Part shown: positions 29,251 through 38,709 of the stretch, piece by piece | Position numbering within the stretch: the first letter of the stretch is position 1 | How the letters are laid out: every line of letters begins with the position of its first letter | Assembly (NCBI GenBank): GCA_037142615.1 | Contig: JBAXAI010000001.1 | Location: 332,471 to 396,470 of the forward strand | Length of the DNA: 64,000 nucleotides | Reading direction: 5' to 3' | DNA from: Spirochaetales bacterium | Lineage (GTDB): Bacteria; Spirochaetota; Spirochaetia; JABEVK01 | Notes under the pieces: model-generated | Databases searched by the model: none | What the model was told of the DNA's origin: nothing | What the model saw: the letters and a program-made list of their open reading frames with translations, nothing else | Translations under genes and position numbers: made by a program

Positions 29251-31610
29251 TTCTTGGAAACAACTTGAGGCGCGGCAAACCCATCAACAAAATCAACCAA
29301 CTCGTAGATCAGCACGGGCTTGTTCTTGCCCTTGACGCGAATGTTGTCAAGTTCACGGACCACAGCCCGCTCTTTGAAGTGCGAGTAGGTGTTTTCGCTG
29401 ATGATCACATTTGTTCCATATTCCTTGTTGGTACCTTCCAAGCGCGCGCCGAGGTTCACGTTGTCACCCATCAGTGTGTAGTTCATGCGCCCCTGCGAAC
29501 CCATATTACCGACCGTCATGATCCCGGAATTAAGACCAATTCCTATGTTGATCTTGCGATTTTCGGGCCATTCGGCGTTCATCTCTGCCAACTTCTCCAT
29601 CATCCGCAAGCCGCATTTGGCGGCAAGTTCGGCATGGTCCTTCTCTTCCAGGGGGGCCCCCCAGAAGCACATGATCTCATCCCCCACATACTTATCCAGT
29701 GTGCCCCGGTATTCATGGATCGTGTCTGTCATGGCAGTCAGATAGAGGTTTAGATGATTGACCAACTCCTGAGGGGACATGCCTTCAGAAAGCGAGGTGA
29801 ATCCACGAATATCCGAGAAGAGAACGGTGAGTTCCTTGTCGACTCCGCCAAGTTCAGGCGGATGTTCCATTAGTTGGCTAACGACATCCGGGCTGACGTA
29901 CTTTCCAAAGATTCCTCGTATCCGCTGTTTGTCGCGCTCTTCAGTCAGCGCGCGGTAAACGATAATCAGCAGGAACGTAAAGATGATTCCCGCCGCCAAG
30001 GGGGTGAAAGGGAATACAAACGAGGTGAGATCGAAAAGTAAGGCGGCACCGACGAACGAGACGAGAAAGAGTACCAACGTAACGGCGAGGGAAAGAATCG
30101 TTGGTGTTCGTGAGGCCAAGAATGCCACCAGCATAATCAGGACAAACATCGCCAGTATGACGTAGCCGACGGGAAGATCGAGAAGGAAGTTTTGTGTGAG
30201 TATTGTATTCAGGGCGTTGGCGTGAATTTCGACGCCGTACATCAGACCGTAAGGCGTTGTTTTTTCATCGTCAGCCACGCCGCTGCTGAAGGGCCCAACC
30301 ATCAGAACCTTATTTCCCAAAACACGGGTCTCTGGCCAGGTCGTGACGTCAGTTGACGGAGCTCTTGTCGCGTAACTGGAGTAACTCCGAACAGGGAACG
30401 TCTGATACTCATCGCCTTTCTCAGAAGAACGGGGACCCATGAAGTTGACGATCATGTTTCCCGCCTGATCAATGGGGATGCGAACTTCGGCTTGAGGGAG
30501 CCTGGACCAACTTCCACTCTCTACGGAATACGCCTCTGGCGCCGGGATAACTATCGCGTCGCCGAGGCTCACCGAAATATCGGCTGGTGTCTTGTGCCAG
30601 TAGTGTAGCGCCATGGAAAGCGTCACGGAAGGAAGAAATATATCTTGAACTTTCTGGATGAAAAAGACCTCGCGGATTTGGTCTGAACCTTCATCAGTCA
30701 CCTGACGTTTCAGGGCAATGGGTTCCAGGAAGGCCGGAAGACTGTCAAGAACCTGCTGAGTCAGCGGGACTGGCAAGTTCACTTTATTCCCAGTCTTATC
30801 GGTATAGGCGTATCGGACAAACTGATTCGTGTAATCCGTGGTATCGGGTTTCAGATCCTTGAGTTCGATGCTTTCGAGAACCTTTGTTATTTTTGCAACA
30901 AGCGTCTGGCGACGGAAGATCTTGTCCGCATCTGCAACAAAGGAAGCGTGTCCATAGCTCGCCGCCCCCTCTGCCAAAGGAATCAGCGGAGCATAGACTG
31001 TCTCAAAGCTGGGCATGTTTGCCCAGTCCCCTGTCACGTTCTTGACCGCCCCACCCCGCTGCCTCAAAACCTCAAGACGGTCAAACTGGATTTGGGACTG
31101 ATCCACATCCATGGTAGACGGCGCATAGATCGTTTCCATCACAACCCGCCCGTGGGACTTGATGGCGTCAGCAAATGCTACATCATTCTCTGCCTGACTC
31201 TCCCGATCGAGGAAGAAAAAGTCGAGAAAAACACTGTCTTCACGCTGATTTTGGTCCGTGATCCTGCTGAGGCTATTGAGCAAATCTGCATGAACGGACC
31301 GAGAGAAAGGCCAGCGCCCCAACGTCTCGATACTCCTATTGTCGATACCGAGAATCATGATATCCGGCGAAATCTTGTCATTCTTGGGCTTGACTGTGGC
31401 CCCTTCCTGCTCAAATTGAGGACTCACGATGTCACGCAGACGGAAGAATCCGTCCGTCGTTGACCGGTCCATGGGTTCAAAAATGCTAAAACCCGAGAAA
31501 AAGGCCAGCCAAGTGAAGAAGACAAAAACTAAGAAACCCAGGATAAGCCCAAAGTTCTTTGTTTCCAGGATTTTGCGGAGCCGACTCGCAGACGCTTTTT
31601 CTTCATTCAT
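29247..31610 (-). CDS. CHASE2 sensor-domain class III adenylate cyclase
   Basis: 787 aa. N-terminal TM plus large periplasmic CHASE2-like domain, then a TM bundle, then a cyclase core (FSDIRGFTSLSE...LDKYVGDEIMCFWGAP...MGDNVNLGARLEG). The Lys/Asp substrate-specifying pair suggests ATP. Confidence 0.8.
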   Translation of the reverse strand: MNEEKASASRLRKILETKNFGLILGFLVFVFFTWLAFFSGFSIFEPMDRSTTDGFFRLRDIVSPQFEQEGATVKPKNDKISPDIMILGIDNRSIETLGRWPFSRSVHADLLNSLSRITDQNQREDSVFLDFFFLDRESQAENDVAFADAIKSHGRVVMETIYAPSTMDVDQSQIQFDRLEVLRQRGGAVKNVTGDWANMPSFETVYAPLIPLAEGAASYGHASFVADADKIFRRQTLVAKITKVLESIELKDLKPDTTDYTNQFVRYAYTDKTGNKVNLPVPLTQQVLDSLPAFLEPIALKRQVTDEGSDQIREVFFIQKVQDIFLPSVTLSMALHYWHKTPADISVSLGDAIVIPAPEAYSVESGSWSRLPQAEVRIPIDQAGNMIVNFMGPRSSEKGDEYQTFPVRSYSSYATRAPSTDVTTWPETRVLGNKVLMVGPFSSGVADDEKTTPYGLMYGVEIHANALNTILTQNFLLDLPVGYVILAMFVLIMLVAFLASRTPTILSLAVTLVLFLVSFVGAALLFDLTSFVFPFTPLAAGIIFTFLLIIVYRALTEERDKQRIRGIFGKYVSPDVVSQLMEHPPELGGVDKELTVLFSDIRGFTSLSEGMSPQELVNHLNLYLTAMTDTIHEYRGTLDKYVGDEIMCFWGAPLEEKDHAELAAKCGLRMMEKLAEMNAEWPENRKINIGIGLNSGIMTVGNMGSQGRMNYTLMGDNVNLGARLEGTNKEYGTNVIISENTYSHFKERAVVRELDNIRVKGKNKPVLIYELVDFVDGFAAPQVVSKK

Positions 31611-31636
31611 GGAAGACCTCGTTCTCGTTTTGGGCT

Positions 31637-32329
31637 TTACTCGGAACCTAGCAGAATTATACGGTCATGTGCAAGTTTTGTCCAATTGGACTCAGGGTAC
31701 TTCTCAAGCAACGCCTTGTAGGCGGCCAGAGCGTCGGCTGTTTTCAACTGAAGCTCCAGGAGGTGGCCCTTGGTAAAGTACACCTGGGGCGCAAGCACCT
31801 GATTGATGGAGTACGTTTTCAGAAAGCCATCCAATAACGCCAACGCAGCAACGAGGTCGCCCGCTTCTTCCTGACAAACCGAAGCATTGACCATGCCGAT
31901 GGGAGCCAAGTAACTTTGAGGGTCTTTTTCTGAAATTGCAGCATAGACCTTGGAAGCCTCCGACCACTTCTTCTCTTCAGCGAGGAAGTTGCCGTGAAGG
32001 AACAACGCCTTGAGCAGACCGTAGGACACGGGGGCGTTCCTTTCCACGGCCGACAGTTCATCCTCGAGAGCCCTTCCCAGGGTTTCTTTCTTGGTTAGGT
32101 CACTTTCGGACTGCCAAGAAACAAAGTCGTCCTGGCTCTTTTCAATTCGGGACGCGTAGTCCTTCTTCGTCGAGGCGTCGATCTGTGACCAGATGGCCAA
32201 ACCCACAAGCACCACAATAATGACCGCCACGATTCCAATCAGCACCGTCCGGTATTTCTGGAGGAAGTTGCTCAAGCCGTGCTTCAATTGGGTTCGTAGC
32301 GGGATCACTTCCTTACTCTTGTCCGACAT
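31637..32329 (-). CDS. Single-pass membrane-anchored TPR-like protein (YfgM-like)
   Basis: TM helix VLIGIVAVIIVVLVGLAIW followed by a helical repeat domain. Start overlaps the stop of the sigma-54 activator gene. Confidence 0.5.
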   Translation of the reverse strand: MSDKSKEVIPLRTQLKHGLSNFLQKYRTVLIGIVAVIIVVLVGLAIWSQIDASTKKDYASRIEKSQDDFVSWQSESDLTKKETLGRALEDELSAVERNAPVSYGLLKALFLHGNFLAEEKKWSEASKVYAAISEKDPQSYLAPIGMVNASVCQEEAGDLVAALALLDGFLKTYSINQVLAPQVYFTKGHLLELQLKTADALAAYKALLEKYPESNWTKLAHDRIILLGSE

Positions 32330-33848
32330 CTTGTTCTCCTTTGTCGCGAATATCTAGCTGCAATTCTTTCATGAGTTTGGACAGGTATGTCCTTTGAATT
32401 CCAAGTTCACGGGCGGCCTTCGTCTGATTTCCGCCACAGTCACGAAGCGTCTTGTTGATCAGTCTGGTTTTATAGTCCAGTACAGAACTTTTGAGGTCAG
32501 CACCGTGGTGGGTGGACGACTCCTGGGTCAGGGGAAGCCCCCAGTCCTGTGCTGTGATCAAACTGTTTTCACAGACCAAGACGGCCCTCTCGACGACGTT
32601 TTTCAGTTCACGGACATTGCCAGGCCAAGGATAGGCAATCAATACCTCGAGGGCCCCGGACTCCCATCCCCGAACCGACCTGCCATGTTGCACGCTGTAG
32701 TGTTTAACAAAGAGGCCCGCAAGAAGTTCTATGTCAACTAGACGTTCTCGAAGGGGGGGCAACGAAACAGGGAGAACATGAAGTCGATAGTACAGGTCCT
32801 GACGGAATGCTCCGTCCTTCATCGCTCTTTCAAGTGGTTGATTGGTAGCCGCAACGACTCTCACGTCGGCAAAAAGTGAAACCGTTGATCCGACAGGCTC
32901 AAACACACGCGACTGGAGTACGCGAAGTAGCTTCGCTTGCAAGAGTGGCGTTAGGGTTGCAATTTCGTCGAGAAACAAGGTTCCACCGTCAGCCAGCTCA
33001 AAGCGGCCTTTTTTGTCCGTGACTGCGTCTGTGAAGGACCCTTTGACGTGGCCAAAGAGCTCGCTCTCGAGAAGGCTCTCGGGTAGGGCCGCACAGTTCA
33101 CCTTGATAAGGGGTCCCGAAGCGCGTGAACTGCCTTCATGAAGCATCTCTGCGATTCGTTCTTTGCCGGTACCGTTTTCTCCTAGAATAAGCACCGTCGA
33201 GTCCGTGGTGGCATACTTGCGGGTCAACGCGAGGACCTCGTTCATCTTTGGGTCACGGGTAACAAAGGCTTCCCCTCCGCTGTGTCCCTCCAGCGCAACA
33301 CTGAGCTTTGTCAGTTCATCTTTCATCAGCTTGACTGACTGGGCGTTGTGTATCGCCATTCCTGCCTGGTTGGCAAACAGCTCCACCCAAGTCATGTCCT
33401 CGGCAGAAAAGTCCTGTCCGTTGCGCTTGTTGATAAGCTCAAGTACGCCAACACACTCACCCAGAACCCTTAGGGGGACTGCAAGAATGTTTTGAGTTGG
33501 GTAGCCGATATCACGGGAAATCTGGGCCGCAAACCGCCGGTCCTTGGCAACGTCGGGAACGTGCAGTGGAACGTTGTGTTTGGCGACCCAACCGGCTATC
33601 CCCTCACCGTTCTTGAGAACGAAGGACTTGACCTCAGTGCCTTTAGGGCCCAAAGCCACGACGAACTCCAAGTTCGAGGTCACCTTGTTGAGCATCAGCA
33701 GGCTCGCCGACTCGCCCGAAGTCAACTCCATGGCAGAATCAAGAATCTCCTCGAACAACCCGTTAAGATCAAAAGAGCGGGAGTTGAGTTGATTGTTGAT
33801 TTCCAGAAAGACATCCAGCTTCTGGGGGTCGACAGGAGAGTGAAACAT
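32313..33848 (-). CDS. Sigma-54-dependent transcriptional activator (bEBP) with N-terminal GAF domain and C-terminal Fis-type HTH
   Basis: The GAF region is about residues 30-170. AAA+ core has Walker A GENGTGKE, the sigma-54 contact loop ESELFGHVKGSFTDA (a GSFTDA variant of GAFTGA) and an arginine finger. C-terminal HTH is NQTKAARELGIQRTYLSKLMK. Confidence 0.85.
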   Translation of the reverse strand: MFHSPVDPQKLDVFLEINNQLNSRSFDLNGLFEEILDSAMELTSGESASLLMLNKVTSNLEFVVALGPKGTEVKSFVLKNGEGIAGWVAKHNVPLHVPDVAKDRRFAAQISRDIGYPTQNILAVPLRVLGECVGVLELINKRNGQDFSAEDMTWVELFANQAGMAIHNAQSVKLMKDELTKLSVALEGHSGGEAFVTRDPKMNEVLALTRKYATTDSTVLILGENGTGKERIAEMLHEGSSRASGPLIKVNCAALPESLLESELFGHVKGSFTDAVTDKKGRFELADGGTLFLDEIATLTPLLQAKLLRVLQSRVFEPVGSTVSLFADVRVVAATNQPLERAMKDGAFRQDLYYRLHVLPVSLPPLRERLVDIELLAGLFVKHYSVQHGRSVRGWESGALEVLIAYPWPGNVRELKNVVERAVLVCENSLITAQDWGLPLTQESSTHHGADLKSSVLDYKTRLINKTLRDCGGNQTKAARELGIQRTYLSKLMKELQLDIRDKGEQDVGQE

Positions 33849-33871
33849 CGGACCTCATCCCAGGAAATCTC

Positions 33872-36226
33872 TTACTTCTTGAAAAGATCGCCCAGACGGA
33901 AACTGGAATGGTCGTCATCCTTCTGGATGTACTTCGAAATCTCTTCCTTCTGCTGCTGCTTGACGAAATCCTTCAGAGAAAGAGACAGCTTCTGACGCTC
34001 AACAGAGACTTCCATCACCAGGACTTTCAGTTTATCGCCTACGGTCAACGACTTCATGAAGTCATCGGCTGTCTGGTCACGGGTGTCACAGAGGTTCGAC
34101 TTGGGAATCAACCCCTCGATGTTGCCCAAGACACGCAAGAACACGCCAAACTCCGTCTTGCTGACAATGCTTCCCTCAATCGGTGTGCCGCGGGGATAGG
34201 ACTTTCGGAGACTCTCCCATGGGTCATCACCGACCTGCTTGACTCCGAGTCGAATGCGCCGAGCTTCGGTATCGACACTCAGCACCTTCACTTCAACCAT
34301 TTGCCCGTCCTTGAGTTCGCTGGTCGCGTTCTTGGACTTCTTGACCCAGGAGAGATCATCCACGTGAAGGAAGCCATCCACGCCCTCTTCCAAGGTCACG
34401 AAAGCGCCGACTGGAGTCACTTTCTTCACCGGAAGCGTAAGCACCTTTCCGACCGGGAACTTGACGGCGGCTTCGTCCCATGGATTGGCCGAAACCTGCT
34501 TGAGCCCCAGAGAAATACGAGTCTGTTCCATGTCGTAGGCAAGGATTTTCGTTTGAACAATGTCGCCGGGCTTCAGGACTTCCTTGGGGTGTGAAATCCG
34601 CTTGACCCAGGACATTTCAGAAATGTGCACAAGACCCTCGACGCCTTCTTCGATCTCGATGAAGGCACCGAAATCGGCCAATTTGGTGACCTTTCCGGTG
34701 ACCACGTCTCCGACTTTGAACTTCTTCTCAAAGAGGACCCAAGGGTTGACTCCGAGGGCCTTGAGGCTGAGGTTAATCTTCTTTTCGGTGGGATCGAGCT
34801 TGACGACCTTGAGCTTGATCTTGTCACCCTTCTGGACAAAATCCTTTGGTCGCGTCACGTGCCCCCAACTCATGTCATTGAGGTGCAAGAGGCCGTCAAA
34901 GCCTCCAAGATCCACAAAAGCACCGAACGAGGTGAAAGACTTGACTTCCCCTTCGACCACGTCGCCCTCTTTCGTCTTCTGGAAAAACTCGGATCTCTTG
35001 ACGTCTGTTTCGCGAAGCAACAAATCCCGTCGATTCAAAACGATGTTGGCAGTCTTTTCCCAGACAAGCTTCTCGACCAGAAACGAACCGACCTTTCCAA
35101 GCAGTTCCTCCGGAACTTCGACCCGCACCGAGTCGGCCTTAGACAAGGGAACGAAAGCTCGATACGTGTGACCGAGATCAACCTCGTACCCACCCTTCAC
35201 CACTTTTGTAAACTTTCCGGTAAGCGGCGTTTTCTTCTCATAGGCGTCGTTGAGTTGTTCCCGGAAAGAAATTGCGTCGGCTTTTTCCTTGCTGATTTCA
35301 ATACTGCCCTTGCTGGATTCCTTTCGTTCAAGCACGACCTTGACGCGGTCGCCGACTTGAGGAGGAGTCTGAAACTCCGTAAGGGGAATCACTCCGTCGG
35401 ACTTGTAACCAATTCCGATGCTGACGGAGTCAGACGAGACGGAAATGACCGTCCCTTCTACAAGGCTGCCTTCCTGGAGGTTTTCGAGATTCTTAAGGTA
35501 TTCTTCCTGAAGAATGGTCTGGTTGTTGTCGGTTTCTGCCATGGCTTGCAAAAAACTCCTGGATTGGGGGCTGGATGCGAGAACGATGTCGGCCACTCTG
35601 GCACAAACAGCAGCAATGGTCAAGTCAGAGCAGTCTAGGAAATGAACTCCAGGCATCACCACCAAGGGACCATGTTTCTTGTTCCGGTCGATCGAGTCGC
35701 GCTCGCGAATCGCGTCCAGGACTCTCTCATAGGCAACGTCCTCAGGACGCTCCTCGAAGCGTCGGCGGGCACGGACCTCGGGGGTTGCGTCAAGAAAGAG
35801 CCTGACGTCGGCCTCGGGGAACACGACGCTGGTGATATCTCGGCCCTCGCAAACTAAACGGTGCTTTTTGCCCAGACTCCGAAAAATCGCGTTGAACTGA
35901 CTGCGGACTTCGGGCACTTCTGACACTTGGGCCACCCACACGTCAACTTCAACCGAGTGAAGTTCCGAACCCAGCGGAACGCCATCGACCACGACGGCCC
36001 CATCGAGGAACTCCCAATGCAACGAGGCAGAAAAGGGAACCAAGACCTCGGGCAACCCCAGTTCTGTCGGAAGTAGTCCGGCGCTGAGTGCGCGATAGGT
36101 CAACGCGCGATAGAAACGACCGGTGTTGAGCACCAGACAGCCAAAAGAAGTGGCAAGGTGCCTGGCGATTGTGCTTTTTCCGACTCCGGCAGGACCATCA
36201 ATGGCGATGACCATGCGACTCCCCAC
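33872..36226 (-). CDS. cmk-rpsA: Bifunctional cytidylate kinase / 30S ribosomal protein S1 fusion
   Basis: N-terminus IAIDGPAGVGKSTIARHLA... is cytidylate kinase (P-loop plus CMP-binding region, about 220 aa), followed by multiple S1 RNA-binding repeats (GxV...GAFV...G..GLLH). Single 784-aa ORF. Confidence 0.85.
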   Translation of the reverse strand: MGSRMVIAIDGPAGVGKSTIARHLATSFGCLVLNTGRFYRALTYRALSAGLLPTELGLPEVLVPFSASLHWEFLDGAVVVDGVPLGSELHSVEVDVWVAQVSEVPEVRSQFNAIFRSLGKKHRLVCEGRDITSVVFPEADVRLFLDATPEVRARRRFEERPEDVAYERVLDAIRERDSIDRNKKHGPLVVMPGVHFLDCSDLTIAAVCARVADIVLASSPQSRSFLQAMAETDNNQTILQEEYLKNLENLQEGSLVEGTVISVSSDSVSIGIGYKSDGVIPLTEFQTPPQVGDRVKVVLERKESSKGSIEISKEKADAISFREQLNDAYEKKTPLTGKFTKVVKGGYEVDLGHTYRAFVPLSKADSVRVEVPEELLGKVGSFLVEKLVWEKTANIVLNRRDLLLRETDVKRSEFFQKTKEGDVVEGEVKSFTSFGAFVDLGGFDGLLHLNDMSWGHVTRPKDFVQKGDKIKLKVVKLDPTEKKINLSLKALGVNPWVLFEKKFKVGDVVTGKVTKLADFGAFIEIEEGVEGLVHISEMSWVKRISHPKEVLKPGDIVQTKILAYDMEQTRISLGLKQVSANPWDEAAVKFPVGKVLTLPVKKVTPVGAFVTLEEGVDGFLHVDDLSWVKKSKNATSELKDGQMVEVKVLSVDTEARRIRLGVKQVGDDPWESLRKSYPRGTPIEGSIVSKTEFGVFLRVLGNIEGLIPKSNLCDTRDQTADDFMKSLTVGDKLKVLVMEVSVERQKLSLSLKDFVKQQQKEEISKYIQKDDDHSSFRLGDLFKK

Positions 36227-36965
36227 TGCCCTTGGCCAGCATTTTCACTTCGGTCTCGGTGAGTTTTCGAAAACGGCCCGACTCGAGGCCGCGAAGAAGC
36301 ACCACACCAATTCGCATTCGATGGACCCGTTTGACTGTGATGTTGCGGCTTTGGAAGACCTTGCGGATCTCGCGGTTCTTGCCTTCGGAAAGGACTAAAC
36401 GGACCGAGTGAGGACCTGCCATGGCCCAGGACTGACACTGAAAATGCTCACCCTGAAACCAAAGTCCTTGTTGAAACTCTTCCAGCAACTCAATCGGGAT
36501 TTCCTTCTTGGTCTGGACCAGATATTCCTTTTCCACAGAACTGGAGGGATGGGAAAGGTGCCGCGCCCATTCGCCATCGTTGGTCAGCAGTAGCAAACCA
36601 CTGGTCATGTAGTCCAAGCGGCCCACCGTGAACAAACGTTCTTTGACAAACGGTTGGATAAGGTCGAGGGCTAAGTCGCGCTTGGCGTCGTCCTGGGTGC
36701 TGCAGACGTACTTGGAGGGCTTGTGCAGGACATAGTAAACCTTTCGCAAAGTTTGCGAGATTGCCCTCCCGTCGAGAGCGATCTCGTCGGTTTCGTTGAC
36801 CCTGGCGCCGGGCTCGCAGACCGTCTTACCGTTGACCTGGATGCGACCGTTCTGCAGTAATTCGACGGCAGACCGTCTCGAGGCCACACCGGCACGGGCC
36901 AGCCACACCTGTAGACGTATGCTTGCTCCCGATTCAGGATCCAAGTCAGTGTCGTTGGATTTCAA
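36198..36965 (-). CDS. rluB: Pseudouridine synthase, RsuA/RluB family (S4 domain plus catalytic domain)
   Basis: S4 domain IRLQVWLARAGVASRRSAVELLQNGRIQVNGK and catalytic VYYVLHKP...FTVGRLDYMTSGLLLLTNDGE. Confidence 0.8.
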   Translation of the reverse strand: MKSNDTDLDPESGASIRLQVWLARAGVASRRSAVELLQNGRIQVNGKTVCEPGARVNETDEIALDGRAISQTLRKVYYVLHKPSKYVCSTQDDAKRDLALDLIQPFVKERLFTVGRLDYMTSGLLLLTNDGEWARHLSHPSSSVEKEYLVQTKKEIPIELLEEFQQGLWFQGEHFQCQSWAMAGPHSVRLVLSEGKNREIRKVFQSRNITVKRVHRMRIGVVLLRGLESGRFRKLTETEVKMLAKGSGESHGHRH

Positions 36966-37515
36966 AGCGCTCCCTTTCGGCTTCGTCTAGTCTTGGCAGT
37001 TCAGCAATGCTGGACAAGCCGAAGAACTGAAGAAACTCTTTCGTCGTTCCGTATTGGACTGGGCGTCCGGGGGTATCTTTTCGACCGATTTCCTTGATAT
37101 AGCCCTTCTCGGCGAGAACTTTCAGCGTTCCAGTGCTGTTGACACCACGGATTCCGTCAATTTCAACCCTCGTCACGGGTTGTGAGTAGGCGATGATCGA
37201 CAGCGTCTCGAGCGCGGCTCTGGACATCTTTTCGTCGGTCTTCTTGCCGTAGTGATGTCGTAGAACTTCCATAAGGTCGCGACGAGGAATCAGAGAGAAG
37301 CCTCCGCCGAGTTCCGACAGCTCGACCCCGCTGCCAGAGCTTGAATAGCGAGCATGGAGAACTCCCAGCGCCCGCGTCACGGAAGCCTCGTCCAAGCGAG
37401 TGATGCGGGCCAAGGTTGCCAAATCAACCGGGTCGGACTCCAGAAAGAGGACAGCCTCGAGAAGGGCTTCCTCATGCGGCATCGGACAACCCCCGTTGAA
37501 CACGGATATCACCAT
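36946..37515 (-). CDS. scpB: Segregation and condensation protein B
   Basis: EEALLEAVLFLESDPVDLATLARI...VEIDGIRGVNSTGTLKVLAEKGYI is a ScpB winged helix. Confidence 0.8.
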   Translation of the reverse strand: MVISVFNGGCPMPHEEALLEAVLFLESDPVDLATLARITRLDEASVTRALGVLHARYSSSGSGVELSELGGGFSLIPRRDLMEVLRHHYGKKTDEKMSRAALETLSIIAYSQPVTRVEIDGIRGVNSTGTLKVLAEKGYIKEIGRKDTPGRPVQYGTTKEFLQFFGLSSIAELPRLDEAERERFEIQRH

Positions 37516-38209
37516 ACAGACGGCTCTGTGTCAGGCGAACCTGCCGGGATTTGACAAGTTCCAAGACCGCCAAGAACGCACAGATCACCTCAAGGAGGGA
37601 ATCGGGGCGCAGGATCAGATCTGTAAAGAGGAAGGGGCCCCGTGTCTCCAACAGTTCCAGAATCAACGTGATTTTCTCGTTGACAGTTACATCCTCGCGC
37701 AGATCCACCAAGCGCTCAGGGCTCAAGGTCTTCATGATTCGCGAGAAAGTCTGCAACAAGTCCCAAACTTCGACCTGTTCCCAAAACTCATCGGCAGCCT
37801 CGAAGGGCAAAACCGGCTGTTTCTTCTTCCGTTCCCAAATCCAGTCAGCTTCGCCTTCCTGCTCGGCCATGAGTTCGGCCAAGCGCTTGAACTTCTGGTA
37901 TTCGATCAGGCGAACCACAAGATCCTGGCGGGGATCGTCGAGTTCGTCCTCCTCGCCTTCGCGCTGGGGTAGCAGTGTGCGACTCTTGATGTAAAGTAAA
38001 GTGGCCGCCAGCTGATAGAACTCTGTGACCTGCTCGAGATCGATCTTCGTTGCCAATCGCAGAACTTCCAGATATTGCTCGGTGATGAGGGCCATCGGTA
38101 TATCGTAAATGTTGACCTCATTCTTGCGCACAAGGAAGAGCAAGAGGTCCAAGGGCCCCTCAAAGTCGGCGAGCTTGAAGGACTGTTTTTCAAATGCTGG
38201 GGAAACCAT
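37472..38209 (-). CDS. scpA: Segregation and condensation protein A
   Basis: FEGPLDLLLFLVRKNEVNIYDIPMALITEQYLEVL is the ScpA N-terminal signature. Confidence 0.8.
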   Translation of the reverse strand: MVSPAFEKQSFKLADFEGPLDLLLFLVRKNEVNIYDIPMALITEQYLEVLRLATKIDLEQVTEFYQLAATLLYIKSRTLLPQREGEEDELDDPRQDLVVRLIEYQKFKRLAELMAEQEGEADWIWERKKKQPVLPFEAADEFWEQVEVWDLLQTFSRIMKTLSPERLVDLREDVTVNEKITLILELLETRGPFLFTDLILRPDSLLEVICAFLAVLELVKSRQVRLTQSRLYGDIRVQRGLSDAA

Positions 38210-38221
38210 ACCGAGAAAAGA

Positions 38222-38707
38222 TTACCACGATTCGCAGCAACGCTCAACGCCTTGCGCCGCCAGACCCGAAAGGACCTCCGAAAGCAGCAAGTCATGAACT
38301 GGATGCCTTAGGCCCGGGGCGATTTCCACCAGTGGCTCAAGAACAAACTGGCGAACCAGCAATCCTGGATGAGGCAGAGTCAAGCGAGCACCTTCCAGTC
38401 GTCTGGAATCAAAGAGGAGCAAATCGAGATCCACCGTCCGGGGACCCTTGGGCCGAGCCGGATCGCGCCTGCGCCCGAGCCTGTTTTCCAGCATCTGCAA
38501 GCGTTCCAGCAATGTCCAAGGGGAGGAGTTCCAGACCCCAGACACCACAGCATTCCAGAAGGGAGGCTGATCGGTGTCAATAAGGGGAGCCGTGCGATAC
38601 AACGAGGAGCATCGCAAAGGCCCTAGCAGGAGTTCCAAGGTAGTCCGGGCAGAAGCGAAAGCTTCCAGCGTCCGCCCGTCATTGCCTCCGAGCCCCACGG
38701 CAACCAC
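38222..38707 (-). CDS. folK: 2-amino-4-hydroxy-6-hydroxymethyldihydropteridine pyrophosphokinase (HPPK)
   Basis: VAVGLGGNDG...LYRTAPLIDTDQPPFWNAVV...PRTVDLDLLLFD are HPPK motifs. Confidence 0.75.
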   Translation of the reverse strand: MVAVGLGGNDGRTLEAFASARTTLELLLGPLRCSSLYRTAPLIDTDQPPFWNAVVSGVWNSSPWTLLERLQMLENRLGRRRDPARPKGPRTVDLDLLLFDSRRLEGARLTLPHPGLLVRQFVLEPLVEIAPGLRHPVHDLLLSEVLSGLAAQGVERCCESW

Positions 38708-38709
38708 AG

